DNA of 31,490 bases, from positions 46,415 through 77,904 of IMG/VR virus record IMGVR_UViG_3300035663_000007; one strand, given 5' to 3'. The stretch comes from a virus. Both the position numbers and the translations under genes were made by a program. The notes under the pieces were generated by a model, which saw only the letters and a list, made by a program, of their open reading frames with translations, had not been told where the DNA came from and did no database searches. Positions 12,301 to 17,704 of this stretch are shown piece by piece (within the stretch, counting starts at the first letter, position 1; the number at the start of each line of letters is the position of its first letter).

Positions 12301-12568
12301 GTTGGCATCTCAAGGGGCTATAAACGTCGATCAGATAATTCAGGTAGATATGTCTTCTATCAAATTTGATTTATCCCCAATCACTCCGATGGTAGACCTA
12401 ACTTCTCAAATCAATACCAAACTGGACTCGCTCCTTACTGCAATCGAGGGACTGATCAACAAACCGACCGCCCCAAATGTGGAGAATTTAACCGTTGTAT
12501 CCAGTGACCCAACAGGTGATAGTCGTCAAGTTTTGGCTGACTGGACACGGGCTAAAAATATGTATTAG
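3335..12568 (+). CDS. Tape measure protein with metallopeptidase-like domain and mini-intein
   Basis: RBS AGGAG upstream; TMP-like N-terminus (MTVIGSVEFEASLSLDKF); tape-measure motif AISQIAGKG/TVSMEELRGQLAERIPGA split by an intein; long Q/E/K/L coiled-coil C-terminus; hydrophobic segments. Confidence 0.9.
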   Translation: MTVIGSVEFEASLSLDKFNRDINNLIAKNKGLIIPVNAVLNFDAKNQITKIGLPPLKVKVDDKELTRLNQHIELKRKHHKEVQQYFNSNPLAVKVNKRGIDDSIQAIKMLKEEIKTVRELYKYIGNTNITGGSVKGSNYRSPSGSGTNSSYPSSVLLTEIGESTLTKLEVILGKAIRKNSPGGFLKTAIGFGLGGLLLPLTKNIGVGISDALTEVFSGIIGDFELVGSSIGRGIGENFLLIIEKNLYEIIRDAGKGFFGEEQVRERQFAARSSRQEKKDSIKTRAFNQSQRETSPNSPWQTKINSEVAILQEAEKEIQKYEEQISEKAKSLFNAFKGDKIEEELKEIEEKSKGIEEKLLKNLEERGNLKPDDTSGLSKSLAENKSLSDSLDKLARRASLLKKRHKETSESVENAIREQVRHLEQLKARFKDQALLLLQASDTMQNAYANVVKLRNSGNKTEKEKTGNSQVFETKAQRNLFSLIQIIAQQTGLKTPLKSETPKIIPMSENDMRSGAYSPDDNFIRLSEEVIKAFDSIDLEGLLSLSEEKLNIVVHELIHAFQYNFGKEGASSSSTKELMTIEDAKDNLSEEQLRKINRGVSISVRSYQNSEIREKGKSPSIEELEKVKRQEMDAYIRAELLTRKVLDQMTKKRQQIQIENQTGFRGGRIPDFQSNPVKSVAELINLSSQDFLTKIEALSDEELSQLSDEFIALIGVVKQFQENFTSSSNRLTKIKNVLENTDLESTDIEQLGKLSKFAQIASNDLASIPSDLTELSNALSELIKTIEDPKIKAIVSTFLKRIDKSQGTLSTVLKIQSAPLEEGGVVRANPREASDAALNLLSDAIQITESQNKQEEAIIDARIKYLQEVIKVEKEQGRVAVDSQKKLNALILKKQEIESKKPKKQGVDDTPIKGSVEPPVVNQSEPIIEPIVKPIIEPVIEPVIEPIIEPIIEPVIEPIIELVDIPFSEKDNGEDYELDIEEIQSIAHDLKTFFKKDSLIETLKNIGESPTGKTSEEISFQLAKTAKKTAIQEAYYTSGSSGLTSVGKKKESDLTKERLLEKSGFKLLKEIYKKAQEGISQKQKEINNLIKGLKDISGEKELSNALTDIKVKSYDVLDAIFDAVTQLENIKEEYSIPQSIGQNIQGMISALKAYGERADSIAENLTKEEAKLGKAENIELPDLKIPMPQLQIPEKMQVQSGQQALLGIGALGVGVFGTQGGAMASTGGLAAGSVAASPIAVPVVLTLAAGAGAIAVSKAVQPFLERNAPEIAKVLYFDIGKAIKGFGVKVKNLLGQKTPAVLTPTTPDPSTSKTPPFDLVDIENDINKKEADFFKDAIEEGEDFKDLLIKIRSNIESLIDGGSIDPSVLIALNSIEENIEKINAIGSDPFEFEGILGLDGATEGLDSISEALVEIAANLPPDAEKAQEAVARMLESVGKLENVESGLDRQETRSSSPLKRFIDEIKSLSDISNKKDQPFLSLLVKFRRAFVSFNTLDFFKNQFQNIASGTFEVTKRFQVLENTINFLSGGTKAGAKQIAFLRSEIERTSSAIEPALQSYKKLAASTRNTPMEGKITNQLMSGLMQAGTVFGLTGEELEGSILAISQIAGKGCHGKGSLIRMADGSTKKVENIKVGDYLMGVDKTPRKVLMLAHGTEELWNIKPKHGDSFVVNRSHKMRLFDENGVKNTVNLFDYIELSPKEKANYKLINEHWNIEEFTIERLNVGEFFGFFISGDHLYLDAQGYEHHNTVSMEELRGQLAERIPGAFQIAARSMNLTEQELFKLIATGQLAATDFLPKFANQLSSETADGVAGASNTAQSSLTRLKTAITEIQVAAGKEFQGILITGMNVLSGVIKGVTQYAGTFSQIIQTATAVALGRFLPSVVRLVKGLWDIHAVSFTVTKAVRGLRYAINNFIVPSVAKFATVTAVVWLTIEAFKILADVWDTFFSKTTVQTWSESLIKNLQKSRQEVKDLVKELNKGKATPAPGGKPETEYSITKKRIADERKSENALQKINRFANPLNALNAINPFAATENAQDKELRDSLKQTVVDARQVKQLQQSRASGALKELFDYIDPAKSKDNITRIKELNAQVEILRQKSSLTKDPKSQSQINDQIVQIRKLRDTLGQPLSDGLINVNIELENYQKLAKETNDSKLRAEALATIEVLKAYKIELQNIERQTGAQTTLSELMKVLANIRVEMEMFNRVASELADKNLRAIAETEFKGFTKDVFAASSASLKRSENALELVNNKINISKNAIKGLKELLQDPLMSQYAANYGGDSLERLKIELEGVDEADTQRRKALEALILLREQESSLIGLQREEAEATLALEKEKSQTLLSRFDYYKAEAQGKVQVGESRSLLGVAKGQLSGQIKPYEVDVAKGKISLDTAKQNEQIAKISLETLQGYYRKGLISAEEFATRRRDLELQSVQAVQQVAEQELQLRQAVQQLRLDLLDRENQKIEHQLKLRESLAQINQKNSQIQREVVLDTRTRSGEDAQTQTTRQTEDETLAVQFQTSTAYEQELQRRLSILQSHYAKREITQREYEDRSRQIEQDITSTTLQLKDYELQQHQRINQRTIEDRDRMYSRMVEDFERATKKQENILQLSAIRQEQIVRQKQLGQIDLIGSQRAEQQSAIALTQIQGDQAKKQLKETLTQIKQVAKLRQQNALTEREAEERTADLTIKAEQLKLDLINKQIEKVKQLKDLKILALDDESSRIDLIFQQQEMGYSYGLEKRKQIVESLDREKTVMEAQVKLQQSLFKGEEQRRQAALDRSRSAEDLLGRLPDLQKRAADNSINFAEYKGTRYLMDLIRKMAGAGSGSTFLSESDIRDLRTKQFNQSALEEKKLLEMKTRQLEQQQKIQNAQMQLQKVINKLTAENAIMEASISLNKARQAELQAKIALEKANVNGDPREIQNAQQAYELTKQGTQLSQQQLGIAVDKLTVSNQIAGIDQQALASDQNNERFALQEANRKALQDTALRGGELASQGAINVDQIIQVDMSSIKFDLSPITPMVDLTSQINTKLDSLLTAIEGLINKPTAPNVENLTVVSSDPTGDSRQVLADWTRAKNMY
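4830..5280 (+). other. Zincin-like metallopeptidase domain within the TMP (boundaries approximate)
   Basis: GAYSPDDNFIRL strand motif, VVHELIHAFQ (HExxH at 4994-5008), downstream EMDAY glutamate helix. Confidence 0.7.
6104..6211 (+). repeat. In-frame 12-bp tandem repeat, 9 units, encoding (E/K)P(I/V)(I/V)
   Basis: GAACCTATTATA / GAACCTGTGATA units give EPII EPIV KPII EPVI EPVI EPII EPII EPVI EPII. Confidence 0.95.
8165..8575 (+). mobile_element. Mini-intein (137 aa, no homing endonuclease) in the tape measure protein
   Basis: Starts CHGKGSLIRMADGSTKKVENIKVGDYLMG (block A); VNRSH (block B His); ends HHN followed by Thr+1. Removal restores the TMP motif. Confidence 0.92.
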
Positions 12569-12588
12569 CAGGCGATCGCAACACCTCA

Positions 12589-12673
12589 AAAAAATATTTT
12601 CAGAAAACGCTTGACATATTCTGGATATCTGTACTATATTAATTGTAAGGATAAAACACAAGCAAAGGACAAA
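12589..12673 (+). promoter_or_regulatory. Sigma70-type promoter + RBS, repeat copy 1
   Basis: TTGACA (12611-12616), 18-bp spacer, TATATT (12635-12640), A-rich upstream tract, AAGGA RBS. 12589-12659 is identical to 13514-13584. Confidence 0.8.
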
Positions 12674-12678
12674 ACGAC

Positions 12679-13221
12679 ATGGCTATTCAATCACTGACAA
12701 AAAGATACTTACAACTAAAATCTTTAATGTCCAAGTTCAAAAGCGTCAAGTCACTAATTAGAAAGTGGGCTTTTGAGTTAACTCAGCTAGAAGGGAAAAT
12801 CGAAGATTTCTACAAAGGAATAACAACCAAGCCCGTCAAACAAGTCGAGAAAGTTGCAGAAACAATCACAATAAATGTTGGCTCACAAGTATTAAACTTC
12901 CCCGTAAAAAATGAGGGTGATAGCGAAAAATTCAAAATAACAATCAAAAGTATTCAAAAATTAATTGCTAACGCCACAGCTAAGTGGAGTGATGAATATG
13001 GCGAATATTGGCAGTTTAATGGTCGAGCATCTTACGGGGTTATGATGGGTTTACAAGAGATGATGAAAGTTTATAAAAATAGTTCAGGCAACGGTGGACT
13101 AAAATTAGAAGATATGTCTCATACATACATGATTAATTGGCGGTTTCCTGGAAACTTTGTTAGTCAAGCTAATAAGGTTTTATTAACTTGCGACATCTTG
13201 ACTAATAATCGCAAGCCCTAA
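12679..13221 (+). CDS. Hypothetical accessory protein
   Basis: 180-aa ORF with its own promoter and RBS; no recognisable motif. Confidence 0.75.
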   Translation: MAIQSLTKRYLQLKSLMSKFKSVKSLIRKWAFELTQLEGKIEDFYKGITTKPVKQVEKVAETITINVGSQVLNFPVKNEGDSEKFKITIKSIQKLIANATAKWSDEYGEYWQFNGRASYGVMMGLQEMMKVYKNSSGNGGLKLEDMSHTYMINWRFPGNFVSQANKVLLTCDILTNNRKP

Positions 13222-13231
13222 CCAAGAAACA

Positions 13232-13255
13232 AGCCACCGAATAAACCCGGTGGCT
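13232..13255 (+). repeat. Intergenic hairpin, copy 1 (AGCCACCG...CGGTGGCT)
   Basis: 8-bp perfect stem with no U-tract; shares AAACAAGCCACCG with the 14308-14337 copy. Confidence 0.75.
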
Positions 13256-13284
13256 GTAAAGATAAAACACAACCCCATCATAAT

Positions 13285-13515
13285 ATGAATTGTCCAGAAT
13301 GTAACACCGCAATGTGGCTAGACGGATTTAAGAGAGGTCGTCAAGCCTACAAATGCCCTGAATGCCACAAACAGCTAACAGATCCCGCACAACAGGGAAA
13401 AGCAGGGCGACCCAGTGGCACATCAAAAGGTCGGACTTGCACCCTCTGTGACAAACCCCATTACGCCGGGGGATTGTGCCAAATGCACTACAGGAGGGAG
13501 AGACGGAAGAAATAA
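13285..13515 (+). CDS. Small double zinc-finger protein (InsA-like ribbon + GRP + C2CH finger)
   Basis: CPEC...GRQAYKCPEC, GRP motif, CTLC...HYAGGLCQMHY, basic tail. Confidence 0.75.
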   Translation: MNCPECNTAMWLDGFKRGRQAYKCPECHKQLTDPAQQGKAGRPSGTSKGRTCTLCDKPHYAGGLCQMHYRRERRKK

Positions 13516-13599
13516 AAAATATTTTCAGAAAACGCTTGACATATTCTGGATATCTGTACTATATTAATTGTAAGGATAAAACACGAAGCAAAGGACAAA
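13514..13599 (+). promoter_or_regulatory. Sigma70-type promoter + RBS, repeat copy 2
   Basis: 71-bp exact repeat of 12589-12659, followed by the same AAGCAAAGGACAAA. Confidence 0.8.
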
Positions 13600-13603
13600 G
13601 ACA

Positions 13604-14293
13604 ATGACAATGACAACCGCATCACCCGCAAGAGAATTAAAAAAAGCACTCAAAAAAGAGTTCCCCGGCATTAAATTCACGGTTAACACCACAAGATATA
13701 GTGTCGATGTCAGATGGGAGATAGAGCTTAAAACAGAAGCTACAGTCGCAAAGGTTGATGCAATAACAAGTAAATACGATACAGTTCAGATTTCTGGTAG
13801 CACGGTTTATTTTAATGTTCGATATGAAGGGTACGGGATCAACCTATATCCCACATATACAAAAGAAAGAGAAGAATGGGCGATGAACCTAACAAAAGCC
13901 AATAATAGCGAGATGGTTTGGAATGGAGCGAGAGGAACTTTTGACAACTTCTTAGGAAAAGAAGACCGTGCCACAACAAGACAATACTACGAATACCTTA
14001 AAAACGGGGTTGAGCTTAAAGTGGAATCTACCGTGACCGACACAGACGAAGCAAAAACACCCGACAAAACGGAATCCACCTCGGTATCAGTCGAATCAAC
14101 AACGGAGTCCAACCTAGTTCAATTCTCAACATTCAAAAAAGCCACACCCGCACCGACACCCCAACAAAACCCCGATGACGTTTTCTTCTCTGAAATCTAC
14201 CAAGCCTGGGTTAAAAAGTTGATAAATAATGGGGAGTTTAATAAAATCAAGTCCTTTGAGGATTGGTACGCGATCGCTATTCAGGCTCTGTAA
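13604..14293 (+). CDS. Protein with LPD29-like (large polyvalent protein-associated) N-terminal domain
   Basis: ARELKKALKKEFPGIKFTV...SVDVRW matches my recollection of the LPD29 pattern; T/S/E-rich linker near the C-terminus. Confidence 0.6.
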   Translation: MTMTTASPARELKKALKKEFPGIKFTVNTTRYSVDVRWEIELKTEATVAKVDAITSKYDTVQISGSTVYFNVRYEGYGINLYPTYTKEREEWAMNLTKANNSEMVWNGARGTFDNFLGKEDRATTRQYYEYLKNGVELKVESTVTDTDEAKTPDKTESTSVSVESTTESNLVQFSTFKKATPAPTPQQNPDDVFFSEIYQAWVKKLINNGEFNKIKSFEDWYAIAIQAL

Positions 14294-14312
14294 ATCAACC
14301 AGCCAATAAACA

Positions 14313-14337
14313 AGCCACCGGATCAAATCCGGTGACT
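14313..14337 (+). repeat. Intergenic hairpin, copy 2 (AGCCACCGGAT...ATCCGGTGACT)
   Basis: 11-bp stem with one mismatch, homologous to 13232-13255. Confidence 0.75.
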
Positions 14338-14373
14338 GCGACAAATACACCATATTAAATAGGGACTAAAACA

Positions 14374-14553
14374 ATGATCAAAGTTGAAGACATTAAAGAA
14401 TATCAAATCAGTAATTCAAACTCACAATTACCAATCCTAAGAGTGAGAACAATTTACGGGAAAACAGAAATCTACACAGGAAATCAAGCTATTAAAAACC
14501 TAAGAATAATCAAAGAGGTTTTTGACAGAATCGAGCAGGAATTAAACCATTAA
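14374..14553 (+). CDS. Small hypothetical protein (59 aa, below the ORF-track cutoff)
   Basis: AGGGA RBS; MIKVEDIKEYQISNSNSQLPILRVRTIYGKTEIYTGNQAIKNLRIIKEVFDRIEQELNH; followed by a terminator. Confidence 0.65.
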   Translation: MIKVEDIKEYQISNSNSQLPILRVRTIYGKTEIYTGNQAIKNLRIIKEVFDRIEQELNH

Positions 14554-14559
14554 CTACCA

Positions 14560-14589
14560 AAAAGGCACGGATTCAAACCCGTGCCTTTT
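14560..14589. terminator. Intrinsic terminator, probably bidirectional
   Basis: AAAAGGCACGG-attcaaac-CCGTGCCTTTT. Confidence 0.8.
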
Positions 14590-14598
14590 AAGTATTCA

Positions 14599-14697
14599 AT
14601 TCCAAATCCCAGTTAAGAATAATTCCTGTTCCTCAATCAACTTCCATTCCAAATCCCAGATAAGAATAATTCCTGTTCCTCAATCAACTTCCATTCC
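14599..14697. repeat. Intergenic 47-bp tandem duplication (2 copies + 5 bp, one mismatch)
   Basis: ATTCCAAATCCCAG(T/A)TAAGAATAATTCCTGTTCCTCAATCAACTTCC at 14599 and 14646. Confidence 0.95.
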
Positions 14698-14720
14698 TGC
14701 CTATCCTCTGGCTTGCTTAT

Positions 14721-14795
14721 TGTGATATAATAAAGATGCCCTCACGACACGGCAAATGTCCGAGGGTACGAGTTCACCTACTGTAGAGGCAAACT
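14721..14795 (+). promoter_or_regulatory. Extended -10 promoter + bulged-hairpin leader, element A
   Basis: TGATATAAT, then CCCTC-AC-GACA-[CGGCAAA]-TGTC-C-GAGGG, then GAGTTCACCTA and a GAGG RBS. Confidence 0.65.
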
Positions 14796-15500
14796 ATGTC
14801 TAGTATATCAGGACAAGACTTTTCTATAATACAATCAACATCTCTTACTTTTCAAAACGGAATAACTGTCAAGATATTTAAAGGCGTAACAGGTGGGTTT
14901 TATGTCAACACTGAAGGGCTATCAACTATCCTTGGTTTAAGCCCGTTAAGTTTGAAAGAAAAATACAATATAACAAAAGAGTATTATGAGACATCGGAAA
15001 TAGTAATGTTTGCTCGTCAAGAGGATCTTGATGGGAATAAACTTGCTTGGAAAAGTTTAATAGATCAGTTCTTTACCCCCAAAGCAATTGAAAAGGTATT
15101 TAATGGCGAAATCAAAATTAAGCAAGAAAGAATATCTCATAAACAATGGACTGAAGAGTTCTTAAAGGATCTAAAACCTTTAAAAGATAAAACATCCTAC
15201 AAATTACTGGAAAGAAACATACAAGAAAAACTGAGTAAACGATTTGGGTTTGCAAAGGAAGTTTCTACACCCATTGGACGGATAGATATTTTGGGTGATG
15301 ATATCTTGTGCGAAATAAAGTCAGGATCTCAATGGAAACATGGACTCGGACAATTGTGTGGATATAGTCAATACTATCTTACTCATAGACTTTACCTTTG
15401 TCTGTTTGACATCAGCAAATCAACTGACATAGAGGTTGTTAAGCAAGTCTGTAAAGAATTTGGGGTTACGGTTGTCAACGATCATTTTAAGTTACTATAA
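14796..15500 (+). CDS. Antirepressor-like protein with C-terminal PD-(D/E)XK nuclease-like domain
   Basis: EVSTPIGRIDIL...CEIK...WKHGLGQL..Y restriction-endonuclease-fold pattern; the N-terminus resembles phage DNA-binding domains (weak). Confidence 0.6.
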   Translation: MSSISGQDFSIIQSTSLTFQNGITVKIFKGVTGGFYVNTEGLSTILGLSPLSLKEKYNITKEYYETSEIVMFARQEDLDGNKLAWKSLIDQFFTPKAIEKVFNGEIKIKQERISHKQWTEEFLKDLKPLKDKTSYKLLERNIQEKLSKRFGFAKEVSTPIGRIDILGDDILCEIKSGSQWKHGLGQLCGYSQYYLTHRLYLCLFDISKSTDIEVVKQVCKEFGVTVVNDHFKLL

Positions 15501-15518
15501 TTTAGTAACGTTGTTCAT

Positions 15519-15589
15519 GTGGTCAATTTCCTTTTATTGATTACTTCCCCTGGGTGTTAAGCGCACCGCGAGGGGTTTTTATTATATCA
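15519..15589 (-). promoter_or_regulatory. Extended -10 promoter + bulged-hairpin leader, element C (faces the 3' end of 14796..15500)
   Basis: Minus strand: TGATATAAT-AAAAA-CCCCT-CGC-GGTG-[CGCTTAA]-CACC-C-AGGGG...AAGGA...ATG of a 7-codon ORF (15495..15518). Confidence 0.6.
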
Positions 15590-15608
15590 TAATAAGTTTG
15601 TCCAACCC

Positions 15609-16013
15609 TCACAACAAATACCTCAATTCATTCTCAAACATCTCTACCGGATCTAACCTCTTAACCGCCCGTTCTGTCCAGTCCCGACCCGGTATCCAAC
15701 GCCCGACCCGATAAGCTCTAAAGCCCGTTAAAATGCGTCCCGCGTAGGGTTCTCCAGTTTCGGGACTGTGAGGGTTCCATTCGTAATTAGCAACAGTTTT
15801 ACCGCCCTGTTTTGAAACGTTTAAAATCTGAGAATTATTAAAACGCCCAGTGTCAATAATATCCTGATTATCTAACCCTAGATCAGAAAATTCGTTAGGA
15901 TCTTCTATCACAGCATGAAATTCATTATCAAGAGCCACGACAACCTCAGCGAAAGCATCGTCAACGGCTTTTAAAACTTTATTTAATGCAGATTTGTTGA
16001 TTTTAATACTCAT
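15609..16013 (-). CDS. Putative neck/tail-completion protein (HK97 gp10-like)
   Basis: DTGRFNNS motif, YA...G..., PGRDWTERA C-terminal pattern, position in the morphogenesis module. Confidence 0.6.
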   Translation of the reverse strand: MSIKINKSALNKVLKAVDDAFAEVVVALDNEFHAVIEDPNEFSDLGLDNQDIIDTGRFNNSQILNVSKQGGKTVANYEWNPHSPETGEPYAGRILTGFRAYRVGRWIPGRDWTERAVKRLDPVEMFENELRYLL

Positions 16014-16019
16014 AAAACC

Positions 16020-16415
16020 TCAACTATCAATCCACCACCCCTCAATTTTAGTCCCTGTATATCCTTTTTCCCAGGGTTGCTGATTATGGATATTAGCTGA
16101 AAACTTCCCCTTTTTGCCGTCAATTTCTGCGTCAAACTCGCAAGGTAAAACAACGCTATCAGGAAACACCATTGGCTCCACAAGGTAGCCTTTCATATAG
16201 CTTTGAGATAATCCCATTCCCCCTGGTCTTTGTTGTTTCAAATCCCCTTTAGAACCTGTCTCCTTGAGGTAACAGATAAAGGGCTGTTTATGGCTAGAGG
16301 GAACTATATTGCCTAGGTTGTCTGTTGTTAAGCTATCACTGGCAACCTCTACATATAGAGTCGCCTTCAGTAGATACCTGTCCAGATGTGGCAAAAAGTA
16401 ACTTTTTCTAACCAT
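16020..16415 (-). CDS. Putative head-closure/head-tail joining protein
   Basis: 131 aa, DNLGN motif near the N-terminus, adjacent to the gp10-like gene. Confidence 0.5.
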   Translation of the reverse strand: MVRKSYFLPHLDRYLLKATLYVEVASDSLTTDNLGNIVPSSHKQPFICYLKETGSKGDLKQQRPGGMGLSQSYMKGYLVEPMVFPDSVVLPCEFDAEIDGKKGKFSANIHNQQPWEKGYTGTKIEGWWIDS

Positions 16416-17052
16416 AAATAGCCCCTTCTCTGATTAGTTCACAAGCCAAGTTAACTTCATAGTTTTTGGCATCTTCAGGAATTTCAATTCGATAGGCTTG
16501 GCGGGTGTCGCAGTCATAGACAACATGAACCCCTGGCTTGATATGGGAATCAAATACCGCGATGTCGCATTGTACCCACTCAAGATTAATAATCTCAGGA
16601 CAAAGCAATAGTATTCCCACCGCGATAAATGCCCTAGGAGGTTTAGCCTTGCCATCCGTAACTCCCTCTAATAATTCCATCGAGGGCATCTCAGGAATAG
16701 CCCATGATGGAATTTTTTGAGAGTCTAACAATGACTGGAATGTGTTGCAGCAAGCCGTTGAGAATTTCTTATCTTGGGATTTGAAGAAACAGAAATCCTC
16801 AGTGCTTTTGTAGGGGGGTTTCGTGACGTTAAATCTATAGAGAAGGGATGAGAGTTGAGCGATTGCAATTTCCTCAAAGTGTAATCGCTCCCTCTCGAAT
16901 TTCTCCCCGTACTCTAAAGCGTTAAGGATCAACCAGACTGGCTGGTTGCCAAAGTTTTCTGACTTGAATCGGATTTCTGACGGCCAGAGCCTTTGGATTC
17001 TCCAATAGATTTCTCCCCAATCAGTTCTACTGGTTCTTCGGAAGCCTTTTTT
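16408..17052 (-). CDS. Tail assembly chaperone C-terminal (T) part, expressed by -1 frameshift from 16929..17678
   Basis: The frame of the listed 16408..16932 ORF stays open upstream (RTDWGEIYWRIQRLWPSEIRF...) to the slippery heptamer at 17046-17052. Confidence 0.75.
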   Translation of the reverse strand, partial: KKGFRRTSRTDWGEIYWRIQRLWPSEIRFKSENFGNQPVWLILNALEYGEKFERERLHFEEIAIAQLSSLLYRFNVTKPPYKSTEDFCFFKSQDKKFSTACCNTFQSLLDSQKIPSWAIPEMPSMELLEGVTDGKAKPPRAFIAVGILLLCPEIINLEWVQCDIAVFDSHIKPGVHVVYDCDTRQAYRIEIPEDAKNYEVNLACELIREGAIYG

Positions 17053-17678
17053 ATATCTTCCTCAGTGATTTCCTTGGCTTCTGTTGTCACAGCGTCGGGG
17101 TCTTTACCGCCGTTCCGTTGCCGTTCAATAAAAGCCCAAACATCCTCAATGTAGCCCCAACTCAACCGATTTTCGGTATCAGAATCAGACCATTTCTTAA
17201 TCTCTTGAATCGCACCTAATAGAGAGGAACGTTCAGGGCTGTCATCTGACAACAAATCAAATTCATCCTTTAGGGATTGCCAACACCGATTAGCAATTGC
17301 AACGGTACAAACTGCCATTTTCTTAGCAGATGATTCCCGATCTAATTGTACTGACATCTCCCCAATATCAGAAGCGTATTTTAGCCGAATCTCCTGATAG
17401 TCAATCTCACTATTGTCATTTTCTTCTGATGATGAAGTAATAACTTCGTAGGCTTTTGTGAGCTTGATTTTTTCGGCTTCGGCAATAGTCCGAGCTAACT
17501 TTGCCACCAAGGTAAAACCAGGGGAAAATTTATCGGAAACCTCGTCAATTCTAGCTTGTTCACTAGCGAGTAAAGCGTTTTTACCCTTCTCACCTTTATG
17601 GACAAAAAACTTCACCCCCTGAATTTCTTCATAGCTTTCATTGCTACGTTTTGACTGAAGAAAAAACGGTAAACCCAT
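16929..17678 (-). CDS. Tail assembly chaperone (G-like)
   Basis: Acidic helical protein directly after the tail tube gene, with an in-frame A AAA AAG slippery site. Confidence 0.75.
   Translation of the reverse strand: MGLPFFLQSKRSNESYEEIQGVKFFVHKGEKGKNALLASEQARIDEVSDKFSPGFTLVAKLARTIAEAEKIKLTKAYEVITSSSEENDNSEIDYQEIRLKYASDIGEMSVQLDRESSAKKMAVCTVAIANRCWQSLKDEFDLLSDDSPERSSLLGAIQEIKKWSDSDTENRLSWGYIEDVWAFIERQRNGGKDPDAVTTEAKEITEEDIKKASEEPVELIGEKSIGESKGSGRQKSDSSQKTLATSQSG
17046..17052 (-). other. Programmed -1 ribosomal frameshift site A_AAA_AAG
   Basis: Minus strand GAT ATA AAA AAG GCT in the correct phase; the -1 frame has a TGA a few codons upstream and is open downstream to 16408. Confidence 0.8.
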
Positions 17679-17704
17679 AATAAATCCTTTGTAAACTCCC
17701 TTTA

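Noticed and set aside
4195-12308. Minus-strand ORFs inside the TMP gene
   Set aside because: Antisense shadows (S/F/L-rich) with no motifs or evident RBS.
12589-13584. Diversity-generating retroelement TR/VR pair
   Set aside because: The repeat is non-coding and exact, with no adenine-specific mismatches, and no reverse transcriptase is present.
13232-14589. tRNA T-arm-like hairpins (GGATCAAATCC, GGATTCAAACCC) as tRNA remnants or att sites
   Set aside because: No cloverleaf, anticodon arm or CCA context; better explained as intergenic hairpins and a terminator.
14599-14697. Possible CRISPR mini-array
   Set aside because: Units are directly adjacent with no spacers, and there are no cas genes in the window.
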